Numbered from the stretch's first letter, positions 51,662 to 61,094 are shown. The stretch: DNA of 64,000 nucleotides from a bacterium (GCA_046734535.1 JBKPRL010000136.1:3666-67665), one strand, 5' to 3'. Notes: generated by a model not told the origin, from the letters alone. Numbers and translations are program-made.

Positions 51662-53035
51662 ATGACGGGCATCGACGATCGGGTCCTCGATCGACCCGCC
51701 ACTGGACCGGGTCTGACGTGGCAGGACCTGCTCGACACCGACACCCACGACGTACCTGCGTTCCTCCGGGAGGAGCGCCCGTACCGCAACGGTGACGCCG
51801 ACATCTCCAAGGACCGCTACCTGTCGAGGTCGTGGCACGAGCTCGAGAAGGAGCGGCTCTGGAGCAGGGTCTGGCAGCTGGCGTGCCGGGAGGAGCAGCT
51901 CCCCGAGGTCGGCGACTACCTCGTGTACGACATCGCCGACCAGTCCTACGTGATCGTCCGGACGGCACCCGACGAGCTCAAGGCCTATCCGAACGCGTGC
52001 CTGCACCGCGGCCGGCGCCTGAAGACCTACGACGGCCGCTGCAGCGAGATCCGCTGTCCCTTCCACGGGTTCGCCTGGCACCTGGACGGAACGCTGAAGG
52101 GCATCCCGGCCGAGTGGGACTTCCCCCACCTCGACGACCGCCGGGACGAGCTCGTCCTGCCGGCGATCCGCGTCGACACGTGGGCCGGCTTCGTGTTCAT
52201 CAACCCCGACCCCGACGCCGAACCGCTCCGCGACTTCCTCGGTGACCTCCCCGATCACTTCGAGCGCTGGCACCTCGAGGACCGGTACCTCCAAGCCCAC
52301 GTGGCCAAGATCGTGCGCTGCAACTGGAAGGTGGCGATGGAGGCCTTCGCCGAGGGCTACCACGTCTCGGCCACCCACCCGCAGGGCACCGTCTACGTGA
52401 TGGACCCGGGCAGTCAGATCGACATCTACGGGAGCTTCGCCCGCCAGATCAGCCCGTCCGGCGTACCGTCCCCGCTCATCACGTGGGAGGCCAGCCAGGA
52501 GGACATCCTGCGGGGCATGCTCGACGTGCGCGAGGGCGAGCCGCTGCCCATCGAGCTGCAGCCGGGCCAGACCGCGCGCGAGGCGATGGCGCGCGCCGCC
52601 CGGACCCGCTGGCGCCCGGTGCTCGGCGACCGCATCGAGGAGTTCTGCGACGCCGAGCTCGTGGACCACTTCAACTACACGGTCTTCCCGAACATCCACC
52701 CCTGGGGCGGGTTCAACCGCATCGTCTACCGCTTCCGTCCCAACGGCGACGACCACGAGACCTCCATCTTCGAGGTCATGTTCGTCACGCCGTTCGCCGG
52801 TGACCGGCCGGCGCCGGCCACGCTCCGCTCGCTCGGGCCGGAGGACCGCTGGACCGACGCGCCGGAGCTCGACAGCCTCGGCATGGTGCTCGACCAGGAC
52901 ACGTTCAACATGGAGCAGGTGCAGAAGGGGCTGAAGATCCTGCGCCGCGGCGGTATCACCGTCTCGCGCTACCAGGAGGCCATCGTCCGTTGGCGCCAGG
53001 ACCTCCTGGACGAGTGGGTCGGGGCCGGCCGATGA
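51662..53035 (+). CDS. Rieske [2Fe-2S] aromatic-ring-hydroxylating oxygenase alpha subunit (paralogue of 16852..18207)
   Basis: ORF 51662..53035: CLHRGRRL...CPFHGFAW...WAGFVFINPDPDAEPL. Collinear with the 16852..18207 protein. Confidence 0.9.
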   Translation: MTGIDDRVLDRPATGPGLTWQDLLDTDTHDVPAFLREERPYRNGDADISKDRYLSRSWHELEKERLWSRVWQLACREEQLPEVGDYLVYDIADQSYVIVRTAPDELKAYPNACLHRGRRLKTYDGRCSEIRCPFHGFAWHLDGTLKGIPAEWDFPHLDDRRDELVLPAIRVDTWAGFVFINPDPDAEPLRDFLGDLPDHFERWHLEDRYLQAHVAKIVRCNWKVAMEAFAEGYHVSATHPQGTVYVMDPGSQIDIYGSFARQISPSGVPSPLITWEASQEDILRGMLDVREGEPLPIELQPGQTAREAMARAARTRWRPVLGDRIEEFCDAELVDHFNYTVFPNIHPWGGFNRIVYRFRPNGDDHETSIFEVMFVTPFAGDRPAPATLRSLGPEDRWTDAPELDSLGMVLDQDTFNMEQVQKGLKILRRGGITVSRYQEAIVRWRQDLLDEWVGAGR

Positions 53036-53265
53036 GTGGCGGCATCCGCCACCCGTTCACCCGGGCGCTCTACGAACCTGACGGGTCCGGCGGGGTGCGC
53101 GTCACCAAGGACGGCGCGGTCGGGCACTTCACCCGTGACGGCCGCTGGATGGCGGGCGAGCTCCGGGAGGCGGATCCGGAGCTGTGCATCTGGTTGACGG
53201 CGAACCGCCCGGCCCGGCACCACCGGCTGAGCGCGGTCGACGACTCCCACGGCCCGGCCGGCTGA
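53032..53265 (+). CDS. small conserved protein coupled to a Rieske oxygenase, unknown function
   Basis: ATG 53032 overlaps the Rieske stop (ATGA): MSGGIRHPFTRALYEPDGSGGVRVTKDGAVGHFTRDGRWMAGELREADPELCIWL... Paralogue of 16632..16847. Confidence 0.6.
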   Translation: MSGGIRHPFTRALYEPDGSGGVRVTKDGAVGHFTRDGRWMAGELREADPELCIWLTANRPARHHRLSAVDDSHGPAG

Positions 53266-53286
53266 GCCGCCGAGCACGCGGCACCG

Positions 53287-55293
53287 TCAGGCGGTCATCT
53301 CCTGGACCGCGGCGACGACGCCGGCGGCGCTCGGGTAGAAGGCCCCGACCAGGCCGGGCGCGGCGGGGACGGAGGAGTCGGGCGAGGTCAGGCGACGCAC
53401 CGGACCGAGCAGCTGAGCGTGCAGCTCCTCGTGGATCCGTGTGGCGATCTCGGCCGCCGCCCCGCAGGTGCGGACGGCCTCGTGGACGACGAGCGCGCGG
53501 CGGGTCTTGGCCACGGACGTGAGCACCGTCTCGGTGTCGAGCGGGCTGAGCGAGCGCAGGTCGATCACCTCGACCGAGGTGCCGTTCCCGGCCAGCTCCT
53601 CGGCCGCCTTGACGACGTCGTACATCAACCGCCCGTAGCTGATGATGGTGACGTCGTCGCCTTGACGGCGGATGGCCGCCTTCCCGAGCGGGATGGTGTA
53701 CGGCTCGGTCGGCACCGGCCCCCGCTTCATCATGAGCGAGGTCGACTCGATGAACACGCACGGGTCCTCGTCCTCGATGCAGGCCATCAGCAGGCCCTTG
53801 GCGTCGTAGGGGGTGGACGGGAACGCGACCTTGAGGCCCGGCGTGTGCATGAGGATGGCCTCGAGCGACTGGCTGTGCTGGGCCCCGATGGGGGTGCCGC
53901 CGACCATGTTCACGCGCATCGTCATGGGCACAGGGGTACGGCCGCCCGACATGTAGCGGAGCTTGGCGGCGTGGTTCGACAGCTGGTCGAAGCAGACGCC
54001 GATGAAGTCCATGAACATGATCTCCGGCACCGGGCGCATCCCGGCGATGGCCGAGCCGATGGCGGCACCGATGATCCCCTCCTCGGCGATCGGGGTGTTG
54101 CGGACCCGGTCCTCGCCGTGCGTGGTCGAGAGGCCTTCGGTGAGGTGGAACACGCCACCGCCGGCCGAGTCGGCCACGTCCTCGCCCATCACGAACACCC
54201 GGGGGTCGTTGGCCATGGCCTGGTCGAGGGCCTGGGTGATCGCGGCCCGGAAGGTGAGCTTCTCCGAGGGGGTGGCGTCCTCGCCCGGCTCGCTGCGGTC
54301 GGTCGGCGGGGCGGCGTACACGTCCTCGATGACCAGTGCCGGGTCGGCCGGCGGGTCGGCATTGGCGGTCTCGTAGGCGTCGGCGACCTCGGCCGCGACC
54401 CGGGCCTCGATGTCGGCGAGGGTCCCCTCGTCGGCCTGACCCTGCTCGATGAGCCACGCCCGGAAGCGGGGCAGCGGGTCGTTGGCCTTCTGCGCCGACA
54501 GCTCGTCGGGGTCCATGTACTCGTTCTTGTCGCTCAGCACGTGGCCGAGGGTCCGGAACGTGACGCACTCCAGCAGCACCGGGCCGTCGCCCCGGCGGGC
54601 GTGGTCGACCGCTTCGCGGGCGGCCTCGTAGGTCGCCACGGCATCCATGCCGTCGACCTTGATGCCCTTCATGGCGTACGCCGCGGCGCGGTCGACCACG
54701 GAGGCGTTCTTCTGGGTGTCCGCGAACTTGGTGTGCTCGCCGTACTGGTTGTTCTGACAGACGAAGACGACGGGCAGGGACCACACCGAGGCCATGTTGA
54801 GCGACTCGTGGAAGGCGCCGATGTTCGTTGCACCGTCACCGAAGTTGCAGATGGTGACCCGGCCGTCGCCCTGGAGCTGAGAGGCCAGGCCGAGGCCGAT
54901 CGAGACGGGCAGGCCGCCACCGACGATCCCGGTGCAGAGCATCAGCCCGTGATCGGGGTCGGCGATGTGCATCGGGCCGCCCCGGCCCTTGGACGTGCCC
55001 GTGGCCTTGCCGAGCATCTCGGCCCACAGCTCCCGCAGCGGAACGCCCTTGGCGATCTCGTCACCGATGCCACGGTAGGTGGCCGTCATGTAGTCCGTCG
55101 GCTCGATGGCCGTGCCCACAGCGGCCGAGATCAGCTCATGTCCCCTGACCGGGTAGTGCACGAAGAAGGCCTGCGCGCTGCCGATGAGCGCCTGCGCCTT
55201 GTCGTCGAAGGCGCGGATGCGGGACGCCGTCTCGAAGATCCGCAGCAACAGGTCCCGGTCGATCTTCTGGTCGGTGCTGGTGGTCAGGGTCAT
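53287..55293 (-). CDS. fused E1 alpha-beta subunit of a TPP-dependent 2-oxoacid (pyruvate/acetoin/BCKA-type) dehydrogenase
   Basis: ATG 55293 (RBS GAGGAG) inside ORF 53287..55347. Alpha half: GDGATNIGAFHESLNMA...FVCQNNQYG (TPP motif). Acidic/Pro linker. Beta half: VFVMGEDV...NTPIAEEGIIG...VIDLRSLSPLD. Confidence 0.9.
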   Translation of the reverse strand: MTLTTSTDQKIDRDLLLRIFETASRIRAFDDKAQALIGSAQAFFVHYPVRGHELISAAVGTAIEPTDYMTATYRGIGDEIAKGVPLRELWAEMLGKATGTSKGRGGPMHIADPDHGLMLCTGIVGGGLPVSIGLGLASQLQGDGRVTICNFGDGATNIGAFHESLNMASVWSLPVVFVCQNNQYGEHTKFADTQKNASVVDRAAAYAMKGIKVDGMDAVATYEAAREAVDHARRGDGPVLLECVTFRTLGHVLSDKNEYMDPDELSAQKANDPLPRFRAWLIEQGQADEGTLADIEARVAAEVADAYETANADPPADPALVIEDVYAAPPTDRSEPGEDATPSEKLTFRAAITQALDQAMANDPRVFVMGEDVADSAGGGVFHLTEGLSTTHGEDRVRNTPIAEEGIIGAAIGSAIAGMRPVPEIMFMDFIGVCFDQLSNHAAKLRYMSGGRTPVPMTMRVNMVGGTPIGAQHSQSLEAILMHTPGLKVAFPSTPYDAKGLLMACIEDEDPCVFIESTSLMMKRGPVPTEPYTIPLGKAAIRRQGDDVTIISYGRLMYDVVKAAEELAGNGTSVEVIDLRSLSPLDTETVLTSVAKTRRALVVHEAVRTCGAAAEIATRIHEELHAQLLGPVRRLTSPDSSVPAAPGLVGAFYPSAAGVVAAVQEMTA

Positions 55294-55422
55294 CTCGTGA
55301 TCTCCTCGCTCGACCGCTCCCCGGAGCGATGCTAGGCGGGTCGCCATGGGCGCCAGCCACCGTGCGCGGACCCGCAGGAGCGGCGCACACCGGGCCGGGT
55401 TCGCCCGGTCATCGCTGGGACC

Positions 55423-55450
55423 GTTTCTTTAGGCCTACCAGAGAAACTAC
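55423..55450 (-). promoter_or_regulatory. GTTTCTTTAG ... GAGAAACTAC inverted arrangement of the AGAAAC motif upstream of the E1 gene
   Basis: The minus strand reads CCTAAAGAAAC. The motif lies ~130 nt upstream of E1 start 55293. Confidence 0.3.
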
Positions 55451-55488
55451 CACGACGCCGGTTCGGGACCAGCGGCCCACGACGCGCG

Positions 55489-56115
55489 CTACGAGCCGCC
55501 GAACAGGCCGATCGGCAGCCCGGTCCCGCGGAGGTGAGCCGTCTCGTTGATGGTGAGCACGCTGCGCTCACCGGAGCGCGCCGCGGCGACGCGGTGGATG
55601 GAGGTGTAGTTCGGGTAGAAGAACCCGCTCGGGTCCTCGATGCCGAGGATGTGGGTGAGGTAGGCGTTGATGACCCCGCCGTGGCAGACGGCCGCGGCCT
55701 TCTGGCCCGGGTGGTCGGTGACGATCTGCTCGATCGCGGTGACGGCGCCGGCCCGGAACTCGTACGGGTCGATGCCCATGCTCTGGTGCACGCCGCCCTG
55801 GAGGATGTCCTGCCAGCCTTGGTGGCCCTCGGCCTTCATCTGCTCGACGGGGATGTACTCCGAGGCATCACGGTCGTACTCGGCGAGCCCGTCGGCCAGC
55901 ACCACCTCAATGCCCTGGCGCTCGGCCACCGCGAGGGCGGTCTGGTGGGCCCGCCGCAGCGGGCTCGCGTAGATCGCGTGCACCCGCTCGAAGGCGAGGT
56001 ACTCGGCCAGGTGACCAGCCTGGTCCAGGCCGGCCTGCGAGAGCTCCGGATCAGCCGGGCCCTCGACGTCCTCGATCCGCACGGGCAGGGCATGGCGGAT
56101 GAGCAGGAGCTCCAT
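55489..56115 (-). CDS. histidine-phosphatase (phosphoglycerate-mutase-like) family protein
   Basis: ORF 55489..56115: MELLLIRHALP...SPLRRAHQTA...VCHGGVINAY. Confidence 0.8.
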   Translation of the reverse strand: MELLLIRHALPVRIEDVEGPADPELSQAGLDQAGHLAEYLAFERVHAIYASPLRRAHQTALAVAERQGIEVVLADGLAEYDRDASEYIPVEQMKAEGHQGWQDILQGGVHQSMGIDPYEFRAGAVTAIEQIVTDHPGQKAAAVCHGGVINAYLTHILGIEDPSGFFYPNYTSIHRVAAARSGERSVLTINETAHLRGTGLPIGLFGGS

Positions 56116-56187
56116 GGCGGTCTGACTACCACATCCGCCCGAAGGCGACGCCGGTCCCGCTCGCGGCCGCCCGGGCCGTTCGCTGGC

Positions 56188-56712
56188 TCACCTCGTCCGC
56201 ACTGGGTCGTGGCCGTCCCAACCGACCGCGGCGTCGGCCACCATGGCGTAGAAGCCGCCGAGCCTGTCGTCGAGCTCGTAGATCTCGAGCAGGTGACCGA
56301 GCTCGGCCACCGCGTCGTGGAACGCGAACTGGCGGCCGCTCGCCGTCGTCGCCAGCATCGCCTGCGGGTAGCCCAGCTCCTCGAGGCGGGCAGCCTCACG
56401 CTCGAGGTCGTCGGTGAAGAAGGCGACGTGGTGGACTCCGGTCCCCCGCTGGCTCAGCTGCTCGCGCAGCGACTCGGGCTCGACGCGGTGCTGGCGCACG
56501 AGCTCGACCATGACGCCGCCCGACTGGCCGTAGGCCGAGGAGTGGTCGAAGGTGGCCAACGCGCCGCGGTGCTCGACCGAGGACAGCCGGATGTGCTCGT
56601 CGACGAAGAACGGTCCCGAGCCGAAGCGGGCGGCATGGCGGGCCGCGGCGGTCGTCACGTCACCGTCGTCGCCGACGTCGTAGGCGATCTGCACGATCCG
56701 TCCCAGCTCCAC
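56188..56712 (-). CDS. VOC (glyoxalase/bleomycin-resistance/extradiol dioxygenase) family protein
   Basis: GTG 56712 inside ORF 56188..56925: VELGRIVQIAYDV...GVHHVAFFTDDLEREAARLEELGY...LLEIYE. Confidence 0.7.
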   Translation of the reverse strand: MELGRIVQIAYDVGDDGDVTTAAARHAARFGSGPFFVDEHIRLSSVEHRGALATFDHSSAYGQSGGVMVELVRQHRVEPESLREQLSQRGTGVHHVAFFTDDLEREAARLEELGYPQAMLATTASGRQFAFHDAVAELGHLLEIYELDDRLGGFYAMVADAAVGWDGHDPVRTR

Positions 56713-56739
56713 GGCCCAGACCTCCCAGCGCCCCACGAA

Positions 56740-56761
56740 CCTGGCAACAGATGTTGCCAGG
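56740..56761. promoter_or_regulatory. perfect 22-bp palindrome CCTGGCAACA-GA-TGTTGCCAGG (candidate operator)
   Basis: Lies between divergent VOC genes. Core is GGCAAC-N4-GTTGCC. Confidence 0.55.
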
Positions 56762-56824
56762 TTGGTACCGTCCGGGCACCACGGGCCGCGCCGATCGGCG
56801 GGCCCTGACACGAAAGAGGTCGCC

Positions 56825-57301
56825 GTGGCTGTCTCCTCCCCGCCCACCGGTGCCTTCCACGTCGGCATTCGGGTCACCGACCTCGAGCAGGGGATGGCGG
56901 ACCTCGGCTCCGACCTCGGCGTCACCTGGTGCCGGGTCCAGGAGCGCGATCAGCGGCTCTGGACGCCCGAGGGCGGCGCCATCTCCACGCCGCTGCGGTT
57001 CACGTACTCGGCCGAGGGCCCCCTCCACCTCGAGCTCCTCCAGGGCCAGCCCGGCACCATCTGGGACGCCGGCGCCGGCGCCGGTCTGCACCACACGGGG
57101 GTGTGGACCGACGACATCAAGGGCGACACGACCAACCTCCTCGACGCCGGCTGGGCCATGGTCGGCGCCCAGCAGTCGCCCGAGGACGGCTTCGGCGCCA
57201 TGACCTATGTGCAAGCGCCGAGCGGCTACATCCTCGAGCTGGTCTCGACGGTGGTCCAGCCGATGTTCGAGCGGTGGTGGGCGGGCGGCGACCTCGCCTG
57301 A
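56825..57301 (+). CDS. VOC family protein
   Basis: GTG 56825 (RBS AAGAGG) inside ORF 56762..57301: FHVGIRVTDLEQGMADL...LHLELLQG...LHHTGVWTDDI...YILELV. Confidence 0.7.
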   Translation: MAVSSPPTGAFHVGIRVTDLEQGMADLGSDLGVTWCRVQERDQRLWTPEGGAISTPLRFTYSAEGPLHLELLQGQPGTIWDAGAGAGLHHTGVWTDDIKGDTTNLLDAGWAMVGAQQSPEDGFGAMTYVQAPSGYILELVSTVVQPMFERWWAGGDLA

Positions 57302-57320
57302 ACCCAGCGACCCGGTGGGC

Positions 57321-57923
57321 TCAGCGGGTGACCCGTGTGAAGTGGGCCCGGACCATGGCCCGCTGGCGGTCGACGGACCAGTCGAGGGGGTCGAACAACG
57401 CCTGGACGGCGACGCCGTTGACCGCGGTGAGGAGCTCGGCCGCCATCCACTCGGCGTCCGTGTCCTCGGGCAGGTCGCCCACGGCGACCGCGTTCTCGAT
57501 CACCGCGCCGAGGAACTTGCGGGTCGAGCGGACCCGGCGTCGCTGCTCCCGGCTGAAGCTCGGGTCCGACACGGCCATGCCCCAGAAGGCGAGCCAGATC
57601 GCCCAGTCGGCCCGGCGCTCGTCGTCGAGCGGGAGGAGGGCGTCAGTGCACGCGAGCACATCGTCGCCCGCCTCGGTCCGAGCGGCCGTCAGCCGCCGCC
57701 GGGCCCGCTCCGCCGCGGCGCGGTAGACGAGGAGCAGCAGCTCCCGCTTGTCCGAGAAGTAGCGGCTCACGATCTTCGTGCTGTAGCCACCGGCGGCGGC
57801 GATGTCGCGGACGGTGGCGGCGTCGATCCCGCCGCGGGCGATGAGCCCCGTGGCCAGCGCGGCCACCTCGTCGCGCCGGGCGTTGTGATCGACCGTGCGC
57901 GCCACCGCTCGAACAGTACGCAC
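57321..57923 (-). CDS. TetR-family transcriptional regulator (paralogue of 42355..42960)
   Basis: ORF 57321..57923 (GTG): RRDEVAALATGLIARGGIDAATVRDIAAAGGYSTKIVSRYFSDKRELL. It shares LPLD.ER...W..WLAFWG with the other TetR. Confidence 0.85.
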   Translation of the reverse strand: MRTVRAVARTVDHNARRDEVAALATGLIARGGIDAATVRDIAAAGGYSTKIVSRYFSDKRELLLLVYRAAAERARRRLTAARTEAGDDVLACTDALLPLDDERRADWAIWLAFWGMAVSDPSFSREQRRRVRSTRKFLGAVIENAVAVGDLPEDTDAEWMAAELLTAVNGVAVQALFDPLDWSVDRQRAMVRAHFTRVTR

Positions 57924-57957
57924 CCGCGCCCCCGGCGGCGACGACCTCGCACGTCGG

Positions 57958-57963
57958 TAGTGT
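57958..57963 (+). promoter_or_regulatory. candidate -10 box TAGTGT, 7 nt upstream of ATG 57971 (leaderless candidate)
   Basis: TANNNT hexamer in the 47-bp divergent region between the TetR and LLM genes. Confidence 0.35.
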
Positions 57964-57970
57964 CCGCGCC

Positions 57971-58909
57971 ATGCCAGAGCACCTCCGGTTCGGCGCGGTC
58001 TTCCCGACCTCTGACATCGGCGACGATCCCATCGCCATCCGGGACTACGCGCAGGGCCTGGAGGAGCTCGGCTACGACCACCTCATCACCTACGACCACG
58101 TGCTCGGCGCCGAGCACGCCGCCCGCGAGCCCGCCCTGACGGGCCCGTACGACGAGCACACCGCGTTCCACGAGCCGTTCGTCCTCTTCGGCTACCTGGC
58201 CGGGCTCACCCGCGTGCTGGAGCTCATCGCGGGGGTGATCGTCCTGCCGCAGCGCCAGACCGCGCTCGTGGCGAAGCAGGCGGCGGAGGTTGCGATCCTC
58301 TCCGGCGGACGGTTGCGGCTCGGCGTCGGCACGGGCTGGAACTGGGTGGAGTACGACGCGCTCGGCGTGCCCTTCCGCGGGAGGGCGAAGCGCCTCGAGG
58401 AGCAGGTCGAGCTCCTCCGCCGGCTCTGGTCCGAGCCCGTGATCACCACCCATACCGACTTCCACGACATCGAGCGGGCCGGCATCCTGCCCCGGCCCGC
58501 CGGACCGATCCCCATCTGGTTCGGCGGCGCCGCCGAGCGTCAGCTCCGCCGGGCGGCCCGCGTCGGTGACGGGTTCATCTGCACGCGAGCCGACGAGAGG
58601 GCCCGCGGGTTGGTCGGCCAGCTGCGGGCGTTCTTGGCCGAGGAGGGTCGGGACGCGGACCCGTTCGACCTGTCGGGGATGATCGACTGGGCGCACGGTC
58701 CGGAGGAGTGCGCGCGGGCCACCGCGGCGTGGCGCGAGGCCGGCGGCACCCACCTCGCGCTCCGGGTCGCCGACGTCCTGGCGTCGCGGCTCGGCGTCCC
58801 GAAGCTGGGCTACACGACCCTGGATCGCCAGCTCGAGGCGCTCCGGGACTACCGCGAGCTGGTCGGTGTGGGATCAGCTCCTGGGTCGACGTCGACGCCG
58901 ACGTCCTGA
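57971..58909 (+). CDS. LLM-class F420-dependent oxidoreductase
   Basis: ORF 57971..58909: LRFGAVFPTSDIGDDP...LGYDHLITYDHV...GGRLRLGVGTGWNWVEY. Confidence 0.85.
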   Translation: MPEHLRFGAVFPTSDIGDDPIAIRDYAQGLEELGYDHLITYDHVLGAEHAAREPALTGPYDEHTAFHEPFVLFGYLAGLTRVLELIAGVIVLPQRQTALVAKQAAEVAILSGGRLRLGVGTGWNWVEYDALGVPFRGRAKRLEEQVELLRRLWSEPVITTHTDFHDIERAGILPRPAGPIPIWFGGAAERQLRRAARVGDGFICTRADERARGLVGQLRAFLAEEGRDADPFDLSGMIDWAHGPEECARATAAWREAGGTHLALRVADVLASRLGVPKLGYTTLDRQLEALRDYRELVGVGSAPGSTSTPTS

Positions 58910-58948
58910 GCGCGACAGGCCCGCCGCCCGGGCGGCGTCATTCGATCG

Positions 58949-59782
58949 TCACCAGATCGGGGGCTGGAACGGCCGGCCGCCGTCACCGATCCCCGCCGCC
59001 CGCTGCTGGATGACCGCCCGGTAGTCCGGATGGGTGAGGATCCAGAACTCGCCGGTCCGCACCGCGTCGACCACCAGCCCGGCCACCTCGTCCGCGCTCA
59101 TGGTGGACTCGGCGCCGGTGGTCGTGTGGGGCCCACCGGATCCCGCGGCGCGCTCGCCCAGGTGCTCGGGCCGGTTCCGGTCGCTCTCGGTGATCCGGGT
59201 GGCGATGAAGCCGGGCAGCAGCACCGACACGCCCACGCTGGCACCAACGGCCTCCAGGTCGAGGGCCATCACCTCGGACAGCGCGACCACGCCGGTCTTG
59301 GCCACCGAGTAGCCGGCCAGGCCGCGGATCGGGAGCACACCCGTCATCGAGGCCGTGTTCACGACGTGGCCACCCTCGCCCTGCTCCAGCAGCCGGGGCA
59401 CGAAGGCCCGGACGCCGTGGATCACGCCCCAGAGGTCGACACCGAGCACCCATCGCCAGTCGTCGAGCGTCAGCTCCCACGCCCAGCCCCGGGTCGTCAC
59501 CCCGGCGTTGTTGCACACGACATGGACCGCGTCGAACGCGTCGATCGTGGCCTCGGCCAGCGCCTCGACATCCTCCCACCGCGAGACGTCGGCGACGACG
59601 CCGCGGACATCGTGTCCCCCGTCGCGCAGCTCGGCCGTCGCCTGCTCGAGCGGCCCCGGTTCGAGGTCCGACAGGACGACCCGCATGTCCTCGGCCGCGA
59701 ACCGCCGTGCCATGGCGAGACCGATGCCGCTGGCGGCGCCGGTGACGACGGCGACCCGCCCGCTGAGCTGCTCGACGGCCAT
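58949..59782 (-). CDS. SDR oxidoreductase
   Basis: ATG 59782 inside ORF 58949..60013: GRVAVVTGAASGIGLA...NNAG...YSVAKTGVVA. Confidence 0.85.
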   Translation of the reverse strand: MAVEQLSGRVAVVTGAASGIGLAMARRFAAEDMRVVLSDLEPGPLEQATAELRDGGHDVRGVVADVSRWEDVEALAEATIDAFDAVHVVCNNAGVTTRGWAWELTLDDWRWVLGVDLWGVIHGVRAFVPRLLEQGEGGHVVNTASMTGVLPIRGLAGYSVAKTGVVALSEVMALDLEAVGASVGVSVLLPGFIATRITESDRNRPEHLGERAAGSGGPHTTTGAESTMSADEVAGLVVDAVRTGEFWILTHPDYRAVIQQRAAGIGDGGRPFQPPIW

Positions 59783-59796
59783 GCGGCGAGCGTAGT

Positions 59797-59812
59797 GGCA
59801 ACAGCCGTTGCC
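59797..59812. promoter_or_regulatory. GGCAAC-agcc-GTTGCC perfect operator-family site
   Basis: Lies 14 nt upstream of SDR start 59782, in the divergent region shared with Rieske 59934. Confidence 0.5.
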
Positions 59813-59933
59813 GACTGCAGTACCGTCGGCGCCGACGAGGGCCTGGGCCCCGCCGTCATGCCGCTGGCCTCGCGCAGGTGGAGTCGGACTAAAGTATCTG
59901 TGCGCCCCAGGTGCGCACCACGGGAGGTCCCAG

Positions 59934-61094
59934 ATGACCGTCACGTCCCAGACCATCACCATGTCGCACGCCGACGTGGCCCGGCGCCTGCTGGCCAACG
60001 TCGACGCCGGCACCAGTGACCAGAGCCCTGGTCAGATGAAGGTGCCCGCCACCGCCTATCGGGATGCGGGCCGGTGGGAGCTGGAGATGGAGCGCATCTA
60101 CCGCCGCTCGCCGCTGGCCGTCGCCCTCTCCTGCGACGTGCGGGAGCCGGGTGACTTCGACACCGTCGAGATCGCGCAGCGCCCGCTGCTGATCGTGCGC
60201 GGCGACGACGGTGTGGTGCGGACGTTCTTGAACATCTGCCGGCACCGGGGCGCGCAGGTGGGAGACGGTTGTGGCCACACCCGCCGCTTCACGTGCCCTT
60301 ACCACTCCTGGGTCTACGACACCCGCGGCCGTCTGGTCGGTGTGCCCGGCCGCGACACCTTCGGTGAGCTCGACGTCAGCGGGCTCGTCGAGCTCACCAC
60401 CCACGAGCGCGCCGGCGTCGTCCTCGCCGTCCTCACCCCCGGGCTCGACTTCGACCCGGCGGAGTGGATGGCCGGGATGGACGACGCCGTCGAGCTGCTC
60501 CGGCTCGACGAGCTGCACCGGTACCCGGTGCTCACGGAGCTCGACTCGCCGAACTGGAAGCTCACGGCGGATGGATACGTCGACGGCTATCACCTCGGCT
60601 ACCTGCACAGCTCGACGATCGGCGAGAAGTCGATCACGAACCGCAACACGTACGACCTCTTCGGGCCCCACGTCCGCATCGGGTTCGCGAACAAGCCGAT
60701 CACGCAGATCCGGGACAAGCCCGAGTCGGAGTGGCCGCCCATGTGGGAGATCATGAGCATGGTCCACTACCTGTTCCCGAACGTGTCGATCTCGGGCCAG
60801 CCCGGGCGGCCGCTGATGGTCAGCCGTCTGCTGCCCGGCCCCACGCCGGACCGGTCGACGACGGCGCAGTACCACTACTACCGGCAGCCGGTGGAGGGCG
60901 ACGAGGCCGTCGCCACCGCCGAGGCCCGCCGCAAGCTCTACGCGCAGGTCACCGGCGACGAGGACTTCGTGACCGGCTTCAAGATCAACCGCGGCCTGGG
61001 CGCCATGGCCGACGACCACATCCGCTTCGGCCGCAACGAGCGCGGCAACCAGAACCTGCACACCTGGATCGACCGGCTGGTCGCCGGCGGCTGA
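59934..61094 (+). CDS. Rieske [2Fe-2S] oxygenase alpha subunit
   Basis: ATG 59934 (RBS GGGAGG) inside ORF 59808..61094: CRHRGAQV...CPYHSWVY, followed by a catalytic domain. Confidence 0.9.
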   Translation: MTVTSQTITMSHADVARRLLANVDAGTSDQSPGQMKVPATAYRDAGRWELEMERIYRRSPLAVALSCDVREPGDFDTVEIAQRPLLIVRGDDGVVRTFLNICRHRGAQVGDGCGHTRRFTCPYHSWVYDTRGRLVGVPGRDTFGELDVSGLVELTTHERAGVVLAVLTPGLDFDPAEWMAGMDDAVELLRLDELHRYPVLTELDSPNWKLTADGYVDGYHLGYLHSSTIGEKSITNRNTYDLFGPHVRIGFANKPITQIRDKPESEWPPMWEIMSMVHYLFPNVSISGQPGRPLMVSRLLPGPTPDRSTTAQYHYYRQPVEGDEAVATAEARRKLYAQVTGDEDFVTGFKINRGLGAMADDHIRFGRNERGNQNLHTWIDRLVAGG

